From Mobula birostris (lineage: Eukaryota), in the NCBI RefSeq assembly GCF_030028105.1, contig NC_092377.1, positions 3,911,079 through 3,975,078 of the forward strand: DNA of 64,000 nt, in the 5' to 3' direction. A program made the position numbers and the translations under genes. The notes under the pieces were generated by a model. That model did not search any database. It had not been told where the DNA came from and worked only from the letters and a program-made list of their open reading frames with translations. How positions within the stretch are numbered: position 1 is the first letter of the stretch; each line of letters starts with the position of its first letter. Positions 34,975 to 45,799 of the stretch are shown piece after piece.

Positions 34975-36710
34975 GTCCTGCATTTGGACTCCCAAGTCCC
35001 TTTGCACCTCAGATTTTTGAATTTTCTCTCCATTCAGAAGGTAGTCTACTCTTTTATACCTTCTGCCAAAGTGCATGACCATACGCTTCCCAACGTTGTA
35101 TTCTACCCATCACTTCTTTACCCATTCTTCTAATCTGTCTGTCTTTCTGTAGTTTCTCTACTCCTCAAAACTAGCTACCCCTCCTAATCCTCGTATCATC
35201 CACAAATTTTGTCACAAAGCCATCAATTCCACCATCCAAATCATTAAAATATAATGTAAAAAGCGGTGCCAACACAGACCCTTGTGGAACATGACTAGTC
35301 ACCAGCAGTCAGTTCTTTACCTCCGGCCAATCAGCCACTGCATTATCCATACTAGTATCTTTTCTGTATTATCATGGTCTCTTAACTTGTTAAGCAGTCT
35401 CATGTGTGGCAACTTGTCAAAGGTTGTCTGAAAATCCACGTACACAACATCCACTGTTTCTTCTTTGCCTATCCTGCTTGTTATTTCTTCAAAGAATTCC
35501 AACAGATTTATCAGGCAAGATTTTCCTTTGAGGAAACCATGCTGATAGGGCCTATTTTATCATGTGCGTCCAAGTTCCCCAAAACCACATCCTCAACAAT
35601 CGAATCCAACATTATCCCAACCACTGAAGTTAGAGTAACTAGCCTATAATTTACTTTCTTCTGCCTCTCTCCCTTCTTGGAGTGGAGTGATATTTGCAAT
35701 CTTTTATTCCTCTGGAACCATGCCAGAATCAATTGATTTTTAATAATCATTACTAATGCCTCCAGAATCTCTTCAACCAACTCTGTTAGAACCCTGTGGT
35801 GTGTACCATCTGGTCCAGATGACTTATCTACCTCAGACCTCTCAGTTTCCTCAGAACTTTTTCCTCTAGTAATGGTAACTTCACAGACTACAGCCCCCTG
35901 ACACCCTCAAGCTCCCAGCATGCTGCTGGTGTCTTCCACAGTGAAGACTGATGCAAAATACTTCTTCATTTTGTCTGCTATTTCCTGTCCCTATTACTAT
36001 CCCTCCAACATCATTTTCCAGCAGCCCAATATTAACTCTCACCACTCTTTTACACTTTATTCATCTGCAGGAATTTTCTTTAATATTATTGGCTTGCTTA
36101 CCTTCATATTCCATCCTTTCCTTCATTATAACCCTTTAGTTACCTTCTGTTGGTTTTTAAAATTTTCCCAATCTTCTAACATCCCATTAATTTTTGCTTT
36201 ACTATATGCTGTCTCTTTGGCTTTTATATTGGCTTTGATTTCCCTTGTTAGACACAGATATTTCATCTTGGTTTTAGAATACTTCTGCTTCTTTGGGATG
36301 TATATATCCTGCACCTTCCAGATGGCTTCCAGAATTTCAAGCCATTGCTGCTCTGCCATCTGCCCTGCCAGTGTTCTTTTCCAATCAATTTTGGCCAGCT
36401 CCACTCTCATGCCTCTGTGGTACCCTTTACTCCACCATAATACTGATGTATCTGACTTCAGCATCTCCTTCTCAAATTGCAGTGTGAATTTTATCATATG
36501 AAGATCTCTGACCCTCATTGTTCGTTGACCTTAAGCTCTCTAATTAATTTCGGTTCATTGCACAATACCTGGTCCAGAATAGTTGATCCGCAAATGGGCT
36601 AAACCAAGAGCTGTTCTAAAAAGCCAACTTGCAGGGATTCCAAAAATTCACCATTTAGGTTCCAGCACCAACCTGATTTTCCGAATCTCCCTGCATATTG
36701 AAACCCCCCT
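34975..36710 (-). mobile_element. Decayed CR1 ORF2 fragment
   Basis: RT (DFQTTFDKLPH) and APE-linker motifs in antisense; continues the piece at 34160-34250. Confidence 0.8.
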
Positions 36711-37135
36711 CAGCTTGGAGGAGCAAGACCTTAGATATCGTCTGAGTTGCCTCTAACCTGAAGCCATGAATATCAATTTTACCTTCCGGTAAAAAAATTC
36801 ATTCCTCCTCCCCTCTTCTTCTATTTCCCATTCTGGCATCTTACCATTTCTCGCCGACCTATCACCTCCTCCTGTATCCCCACCTCCTTCCCTTTCTCCT
36901 GTGGATCACTCTCCTCTCCTATCAGATTCCTTCATCACCAGCCCTTTACCTTTTTCACCCACCTGGCATCACCTGTCACCTTCTACATATCCTTCTTTTT
37001 CAGTCCTGATGAATGGTCTCAGCCCAAAACATCGACTGTTTATTCATTTCCATAGATGCTGCCTGACTTGCTGCATTCCTCCTTCATTGTGTGTGCTGCT
37101 CTGGATTTCCAGCATCTGCAGACTTTCTCATGTTT
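36710..37135 (+). mobile_element. Penelope-like element 3' end with degenerate hammerhead motif
   Basis: LEEQ-LRYRL...LQP--MNI C-terminal remnant, pyrimidine-rich UTR, and cagtc-CTGATGA...AAAAC-ATC-gactg at 37001-37038. Confidence 0.65.
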
Positions 37136-37554
37136 ACCTTTTTGCCTCTGAATGCCGATTGGCCACTGTTGAATCTCTGAAAACATGGCCACGAAGTGGT
37201 GATTTCTAAATCTCCCTCCTCAACCTGGGTGAAGTTGCCTTTACTTTTCAGCTCCAAACTCCAAATGACCACTGTTCAAACTCTGTATAATGACACCACT
37301 ACTCTCGGCTGTCCAAAATTGTACAAAATACTCAGTGTGGTCTTCCCACATCTTGTTACATGATGTTACAACTCTTGCACGCAACACTCTGATTGATAAA
37401 GACTAACGTGCCAAATGCCAACATCATGACTGTCCTATCAATCTGTGTCACCAGTTTCAGGGTTTCAGTTTCAGTTTCAGAACTCTGAGACTTGCAGACT
37501 CAGGCACACAGTAGATTCAACACAGACACCAAAATAGTTTTACATATACTTTAT

Positions 37555-40540
37555 ACTTAATACTTTATTGTCGCCAAACAATTGATACTAGAACGTACAA
37601 TCATCACAGCGATATTTGATTCTTCGCTTCCTGCTCCCTGGATTACAAATATTAAATATTAAAAATAGTAAAAATTAGTAAATATTACAAATTTAAATTA
37701 TAAATCATAAATTGAAAATAGTAAAATGGAAAGTAAGGTAGTTCAAAAAAACCGAGAGGCAGGTCCGGATATTTGGAGGGTACGGCCCAGATCCGGGTCA
37801 GGATCCGTTCAGCAGTCTTATCACAGTTGGAAAGAAGCTGTTCCCAAATCTGGCCATACGAGTCTTCAAGCTCCTGAGCCTTCTCTCGGACAAAAAGTGT
37901 GCTGGCTGGGTGGGTCGTGTCCTTGATTATCCTGGCAGCACTGCTCCGACAGTGTGCGGTGTAAAGTGAGTCCACGGACGGAAGATTGGTTTGTGTGATG
38001 TGCTGCACCGTGTTCACGATATTCTGCAGCTTCTTTCGGTCTTGGACAGGACAACTTCCATACCAGGTTGTGATGCACCCTAGAAGAGTGCTTTCTACGG
38101 TGCATCTATAAAAATTAGTGACGGTTTTAGGGGACAGGCCAAATTTCTTTAGTTTTCTCAGGAAGAAAAGGCACTGGTAGGCCTTTTTGGCAGTGAACTC
38201 TGCTTGGTTGGACCAAGTCAGGTCGCTTGTGATATTAACCCCGAGGAACTTAAAACTTTTGACCTGTTCCACTTGCGCACCACCGATGTAAATTGGGTCG
38301 TGCTGTTTGCTACTCCTTCAGAGGTCAACAACCAATTCCTTCGTCTTGCTGACATTGAGGGATAGGTTATTGTCTTTGCACCATGCCACCAGGTTCTTAA
38401 TTTCCTCTCTCTACTCAAACTCAATATTACCCGAGATACGGTCTACAATTGTTGTGTCATCAGCAAACTTATATATTGAGTTCGATGGAAACTTGGCTAT
38501 ACAATCATGGGTGTACAGTGAGTACGGCAGGGGGCTGAGTACACAGCCTTGTGGGGCACCGTTGCTCAGAGTGATTGTAGAGGAGAGCTTGTCCCCTATT
38601 AATGCAGCCTGGGTCCTGTCTGAGAGGAAGTTGAAGATCCAGCTGCAAATCTGAGTGCTAAGGCCCAGGTTCCGGAGCTTAGGAATCAGTTTATTTGGAA
38701 TGGTGGTATTAAAGGCAGAGCTGTAGTCAATGAAAAGGAGACTTACATATGCGTCTTTATTTTCCAGGTGCTCTAAGGAGGAATGTAGGGCCAGAGAGAT
38801 GGCATCTGCCGTTAACCTGTTGCTCAGGTAGGCGAATTGCAAAGCGTCGAGGTTGACTGGTAGGCTGTGGTTGATGTGTGCCATAACCAATCTCTCGAAG
38901 AACTTCATAGCATTTGATGTCAGGGCCACAGGTCGATAGTCATTCAGGCATGCCACCTTGCTCTTATTCGGCACTGGGATTATCATTGCCTTCTTAAAAC
39001 ACGAGGGGATCTTAGACTGAAGCAAGGAGCAGTTAAAGATGTCAGCAAACACTCCAGCTAGCTCGCTTGCACAGGCCCGGAGAACCCGTCCCGGGACGCC
39101 ATCTGGGCCTGTCGCCTTCCTAGGATTTATCTTCAGGAAGGCCCTTCTAACGTCCTCTTCGGTGACGATGATTCTCGATGCCACCAGGTCCGGTTCATCC
39201 GGAGGGAGTGGGATGCTCCACTTCTCTTCGAATCTTGCGTAGAATACATCAAGTTCGTCAGGAAGAGAAGTGCCACAGTTATTGATATTCCCAGCCTTTT
39301 CTTTGCGACCAGTGATCTCATTTAGACCCTGACATTGTCTACAGGCATCCCTCTGGTTAGCCTGGGCTTCCAACTTGGCTCGATATTGGCTCGATATTGG
39401 CTCTTGGCTCCCTTAATGGCTTTCTGGAGTTCACGCCTGGATTCCGTGTAGCGACTGGTATCCCCGGACTTAAAAGCCACAGCTCTAGCCTTCAAAAGGG
39501 ACTTGACCTCATAATTCATCCAAGGTTTCCGGTTAGGGAATACCCGGATTGTCTTGCGAGACACACAGTCCTCCGTGCATTTCCAAATAAAGTCTGTGAC
39601 AGCTGAGGCATACTCATCGAGGTTAGCTGCCGAGTCCTTGAATAATAACCAGTCCACCGATTCAAAGCAGTCACGGAGGACCTCATCCGTTTCCTCCGTC
39701 CAACGCGACACCACTTTTGACACCGTGACTTCCTGCTTCAGTTTCTGTTTGTAAGCCGGGAGGAGGAGTACGGCCTGATGGTCCAATTTTCTGAAGTGTA
39801 GTCGTGGGACGGAACGGTAGGCATCCTTGACTGCTGTGTGGCAGTGGTAAAGTATATTCGGGCCTCTAGTGGGGCAGGAGACATGTTGGTATAACTTTGG
39901 CAGCACCTTTCTGAGGTTGGCCAGGTTAAAGTCCCCGGATGTAATGAGCAAAGTCTCCGGATACCTGGTCTCAAGTTCACTGATGTTGGCATACAGTATG
40001 TTCACAGCACACTCCACATCCGCCTGGGGGGGGAATGTAGACCGCTGTCAGTATGACCGAGGTGAATTCCCGTGGCAGATAGTAGGGACGACACTTCATC
40101 GACAGGTGTTCCAGGTCCGGGCTGCAGGAGCTTGTCAGTGCCACTGTGTCCGAGCACCACACAGTGTTGATCAGAAGGCAGACACCACCTCCCCTAGTCT
40201 TGCCCGAAGACGCCGTGCGGTCCATCCGATGGATCGAAAATCCCTCCGGTCGGATAGCGCAGTCGGGGGTGGCAGGGGAGAGCCAGGTCTCAGTGAAACA
40301 GAATACACAGCAGTTCTGCATCTCCCTGCACTTGGTGAGTCTCCCTTTAAGATCATCCACCTTGTTCTCTAAGGCTTGCACATTAGCTAGTAGGATGGTG
40401 GACATAGAGACCCCGAAGCCCCTCAGTTTCAATCTGACCAGCAGCCCAGCTCTTTTCCCACGCTTCCCACATATGAAGTTGAACAAGAGATATGGGAAAA
40501 GTGGATTGTGTTCAAACTACAGCCATGTTGCTGCTGAACA
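37555..40540 (-). mobile_element. Near full-length Rex1/Babar LINE (APE plus RT), frameshifted
   Basis: ORFs 39977-40486, 39322-40017, 38411-39373 and 37685-38272 carry [34 protein letters not shown] and FADDTT. Confidence 0.92.
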
Positions 40541-41522
40541 GCAGATTCAGAATGAGGGGCCAAATTGTCTCCAGCTGCTTTTTTCCTCATCTGTAGCACA
40601 AAGAGGGACCTGGACAGAAAAGCAGTTCACAGGAGGCCGTGTACAGGACACATGGTGTAGTGAGAGGTTTGGTTTTCACTGTGGTTGAACATTGTTGTCT
40701 CAGGCTTTAACCTTTCACACCAGGTGGGGACAGATCTCACAGCCTCTTTGTCCAACACCTGCTTCCTACAGGAACATTTGAACATGTCCTGCTAAAATGC
40801 TACATGCCCACACCACTCATCACAATTTTCCTTGCCTGCTTTCACACACACACCAACCAGCCAATTGTTCGACCTTCTCCTCAGACATAATTCCACCTTC
40901 ATTTCCAAGCAAATTCATCAAAGGCTCTCAGATGATATGCTGCTTCCCAGATGGCAACATTAGGGACATTTTGAATCATTCTAAAGGGGGCGTTTGAACA
41001 ACCAGAAGTTGTGGGTACACATTGGTACCAACATGCTTGTGAAAAAGGATCGGTCCAGTGGAAGACAAGCTGGACCAGGACCATCAATCTACAGGCTATG
41101 CCACTCAGGGACTTGGGCTATATTGGACTGTATGTTGTTCTGCTATCATGACTATCTTTGCCGTGTGCTGTTGGCACTGTGTTCTACACCTTTACCCCAG
41201 AGGAACACTGTTTCATTTGGCTGTATTCATGTGACAATTCAAATTGAACTTGAACTGAACTGTGAATGTAGGGAGCTTGGAAGTAAACCAAAAAGGTTTT
41301 CTGCATCACGGGACGTTGATGTCACTGGCAATGCGGATATTTATTCTCCATCCCTAAGTACCCCTCAGCTCGGCAGGCCGTGAATCTTTATCCACATTAA
41401 GATTGGGCCGCTCTTTATAAACTTGTAATAACGGCTGTTTCTGTGAAACTGAACATACAGTATCATCGTTACTCATTGATACAGAGACGTGACAAGAAAT
41501 ACAACCAACATGAAGTACTCAC

Positions 41523-41885
41523 TGGTCACATTCAGCTGGGTTCCCTTTCCAAAGACCGACCCCCAAATGCCACAGATGTAAAGTTTAGGGTCGGTGACCG
41601 TCACGTTGCTGGTGGTCAGTGAGTAGCTGTTAGTGGCGACATTCCTGGAAAGCTGAAATCGATCGGAGAAGCCCCGTGATCTGTAAACTTGGCCATTACG
41701 GGTAAGACCAAGTATTCTTTGATGGTCTTTCAGTTTACTGTGTGATTCGTACCAGTGTACATCATATTTATCCACAGTGTAATCCACGTTGTCACTCTGC
41801 AGAACACACTGTATCTGCACCGTTCCACCTTCACGCACCTTCACAACTCCTGGCGATTGGATCAGGACTGGCTTTGCATTTACGC
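41523..41885 (-). CDS. Exon 2: Ig V-set domain 1 with germline-joined J-like strand
   Basis: Acceptor ctgcccacag|GC, donor ACCA|GTGAGT, 363 bp, phase 1-1. Has B-strand Cys (QIQC), VHWY, DRF, D-x-x-x-Y-x-C (DPKLYIC) and FGKGTQLNVT. Confidence 0.93.
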
Positions 41886-43245
41886 CTGTGGGCAGTAAAC
41901 AACTGCAGGTCAGAAAAGAGCTCGACCCAGGGGAATCCATGTCTGTACCAAACTGGTCTGTGACAGAGTGGGACTGGCCACAGGCTGTGAAGGAATAGTA
42001 TCGATGTGCTGACGGGCTTGACCATGGGCTAGAGACAGGCCTGAAGAATAGTTAGGGGCTGGGGGGTGAGCAGAGTCATAGACTTAAACAACACAGAAAT
42101 GGGCCATTCTGCCCAACACATCCCTGCTAAAAAAGATGTTTATCTGAACAGTTAATAGAGCTTTGACCAGCGACCAGTCTGGATATCAAAGGTTTGGGAG
42201 GAGGGGATTTCACTCAGGTCCATTGCCTGACTAGAAACTGGGAGCACCAGGCCATGGCAGTGCTATGACCAGTGACCAGTTGGCATTTGGGTTTGATTAG
42301 CAAGAGCAAATTAAAGAAAGGCAGGGGCAAGCACAGCGGCCATCGTCTGAATGGACTGAGGCAGAGTGGTGATCTTGAGGATTTAGCTCTTTGAGGCTTC
42401 AATGAAAAGAGGCTTAAGACAGAGAAATCAAAGAAAAGTTTTAGGTGAATTTTTCCCCTTCCCTTCTTTATATCTGTGCAGTTAGGACAGTAGAGATGTC
42501 AGGCTGGATAGGGGATTGCTCCTCTTGTGGGATGTGGGAAGACTGGGAGACGTCCAGTGACCCAGACGACTACGCCTGCAAGAAGCTGTAGCTTCTAACA
42601 ATCTGCATTAAGGAGTTGAAATCCGACCCATTTGTGAGGTTGAAGGGGTGATAGATATGACACGTAGAGGATCAGAAAGAAACGAAAATCTGCAGATGCT
42701 GGAAGTCAAATACACACAAGATGCTGGAGGAACTCAGCAGACCAGGCAGAATCTATGGAAAGCAGTCAACAGTCGATGTTTCAGCCCAAAATTCTTCACT
42801 AGGATGTTAAGTTAACGTTGATGTGGCCTAATCTGGAGTATTATGTGTACTGCGCAGGTACAACAGGAGCGTTCCCGCACAGGTCCGACAAAGAGCTTCA
42901 AAAGGCAGTAACATTTTTGACAGGAGTCGATGATTAGAGTACAGTGCAGATGCAAAAGAAGCATTCCCACACAGGTTATGGCAGAGAGATTTAAAAACCC
43001 AGTCTCTATAAAAGAGAAGTACTGCCTAGTGGAACGGTCATCGTGGGCGCGGTCATTGTTGCAGTAGTTTGAGGCAGACTAGTAAGGCTTTGGCTGAACA
43101 AAGCTTCAGTGGCAACAGGCATAGGGAAGGTAAGTAAATTCATTCATCTCTCTGAGGATCTAACCTGGACCCAGTATGTTGATGCTGCTACAAAGAAGGC
43201 AAGACAGCAGCTAAATTTCCATAGGAGTTTGAGAAGATTTGGTAT

Positions 43246-44376
43246 TGTCATAGTCCGGTCCGTGAAGTCCGTGTTCTGGTTCACGTTCCGGTCCATGGTA
43301 CCTTATTCCGGGGTTTCTGGTTTTCCCCAGTTACTGTTGTGGGCACATGATTCTCATTTTGGGGCTGAGACCTCTGCAAACTAGGGATTCCCTACTGGAC
43401 TGTCCTGTTCCCCTCCCTGTCTTTTCCACCCTCGTCTGACTCTCTGCCTGGATATCTCACCTGACTCTCTGTCTACACACCTAGCCTGGATTCCCTGCCT
43501 GTATCACTGAAGTTTTACCGCTGGAGCAAGACTGGAGCCTGGTTAGGTCTAGATAAGGAGCTGTCTTTTGTTGTGAGGAATTGTCTCTCTGGGTCCACGC
43601 CTTCGCTAGGTAGGTCCGGCCGTGTGCTGCTACCGAGTGTTGGGAACAGTCTCTGTGTCGTCGCATTCGCAAGGTGGGTCCAGCCGTTTGCCACCACCTT
43701 GAGTTGGGATCCATCTCTTCATGTTCAGTGATCTGTGTATGAGTCCCGGCCCTACGTCCTGTTCCCAAGGAGGGGTCCCGGCTCTGTGTTATGTGTGTGA
43801 GTCCCGGCCCTAAGTCCTGCTCCCATGGAGGGATCCCAGCTCTGTGTTCCATGCCCCTGCCTCTTCCAGTCCAAGGCTCCGTGCTCTTGAAGGCCCTCGT
43901 CCAGTCCGTGCCTAGTCCAGTCCTATCCTAGTCCTGTCTATGTGCCTTTACTTGTCCTTGTGTCTCGCCCTACCCAGGAGTTCCTCACCCAAGCCATGAC
44001 CAGTCCTGTAGCCTTGTCTTGGCCTGGTTCTGGAGTCTGAGCCCGAGTCAAGTCCCAGGTTCTGGGTCCTTGCCCAGTCTCTGGCTCGGAGTCCATACCC
44101 AAGCCTCCACATTTCCAGGCCTCAAGCCTCAAGACCCCAGCCTCCAGTCCTGCAGTCATGTCATGTCCATGCCTGGTTCTGGAGCCCGACCCTGAGGCAA
44201 GACCCAGGTTCTTGGTCCTTTTCCAGTCTCTGGCTCGGGGTCCAAGCCTAGTCTACATTCTTGTCCCTGTTCCTTTTCTGTATCCTCTCACGTCCCTACT
44301 CTAGTCAAGTCCTGTTCCTTGTACTTCGGTGTCTGTGTCTTGCATTTGGGTCCGTTCCCATGCCACCTTTGTGACA
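43246..44376. mobile_element. Solo LTR (1131 bp) inserted in a Rex1 fragment
   Basis: Termini TGTCA...TGACA with a perfect 5-bp target duplication GGTAT (43241-43245 and 44377-44381). The host Rex1 sequence resumes across the site. Confidence 0.85.
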
Positions 44377-44453
44377 GGTATGTCACCAAAAGCACTTAAA
44401 AATCTCTGTGGATATATGTGAGGAGCATTCTAACTGGCTGCATCACCATCTAG

Positions 44454-44589
44454 AGGTGGGGCAGCATCCGTGGAAACCATCAGTCAACGTTTCGGGCAGG
44501 AACCCTTCATCAGGACTGACTTGCTGAGTTCCTCCAGCGTGTTGTGAGTGTTGCTTTGACCCCAGCATCTGCAGAGTGTTTTGTGTTTA
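44454..44589 (-). mobile_element. Short Penelope-derived insertion with 15-bp target-site duplication
   Basis: TGCATCACCATCTAG at 44439-44453 and 44590-44604 flanks the gctggaggaactcagc-type terminal repeat. Confidence 0.8.
44481..44518 (-). ncRNA. Minimal type I hammerhead ribozyme motif
   Basis: Minus strand reads CAGUC-CUGAUGA-A-GGGU(UCCU)GCCC-GAAAC-GUU-GACUG: stem I, intact catalytic core, stem II, palindromic mini stem III and an NUH site. Confidence 0.65.
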
Positions 44590-45799
44590 TGCATCACCAT
44601 CTAGTAAGGGAATGGTGTGGAGGGGCTACTGCCTAGGATCAAAGTAAGCTGCAGAAAGTTGTAAACTTAATCATTCCCATCATGTGTACTGACCTCCATT
44701 GTGTACAGGACATTTTCAAAGAGTGGTGCCTCAGAAAGGCGCTGTCCATCGTTCAGGACTCTCACCACCCAGGTCATGCTTCGTTCTCATTGCTACCATC
44801 AAGAAGGAGGTACAGAAGCCCGAAGGCACACAGTCAATATTCATGAACACCTTCGTCCCCTCTGCCATCTGATTTCTGAATGAACATTGAACCTATGAAT
44901 ACCACCTCACTAATTTTTATTTCCATTTTGCACAACTTATTTAACTGTTTAATATGTATATATGCTTGCAGAAATTCACAGTTTTTTTCTCGATTGTTAT
45001 GCGCCTCATTGTGCAGCTGCTGCAAAGTTAACATATTTCACAACATGTGCCAATGATTATAGTTCTGATTCTGAATCCCTTTCCCTTTCTCCTCCCTTCT
45101 CCCTGTAACCTTTGACACCTTCTCTACTTGACAACCCATCAGACTCTATTTTAAACATAGCCAGTGGCCTCTGCAGCCTTCTGAAACAACGAACTCCACA
45201 AATTCACCACCTTCCGGCTCAGGAAATTCCTTCTCATTTCTCTTTTTGAGTGATATCCTTCCATTCTAAGGTTGTGCCCTTTTGTCCTGGTGTCTCTCAC
45301 GAAAGGAAATTCCCCTCAATGTCCACTCTATCTCAGCCTTTGAATATTTGATAAGTTTCAGTGAGATTTTCCCTCCTTCTTCTAAACTCCAGTGAGAACA
45401 AGGCCAGAAGCATTAGACGCTCCTCGTCCATTAGCTCTTTCAATCCCGGGATCACTTTTGTGAACCCCCTCAGGACGCACTCTAATTCCGCTGCATCTTT
45501 TCAGAGACAAAGGGCACAGAACAGCACAGATTACTCCAAATTTGGTTTGACCAATGCCCTTTAAAGCCTCAGCATTACATCCTTGCTTTTATATTCTAGT
45601 CCTCTGAAAATGACTGCTAACATTGCATTTGCCTTCTTTTCCACCGACCTAACCTGCAAATTAATCTTGGCAGAATCCTGCACAAGTCCTTTTGAAAATC
45701 TGAAACCTTAAATTTGCTTCCTGTCTGAAAATAAGTGTGTTCCTTCATTCCTTCTACGAAAATGTTATGTCCATATGCTTCCCCACACTGTTTTCCACT

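Noticed and set aside
40677-40683. CACTGTG heptamer about 850 bp downstream of V1
   Set aside because: No nonamer at 12 or 23 bp spacing in either orientation, and it does not abut a coding segment.
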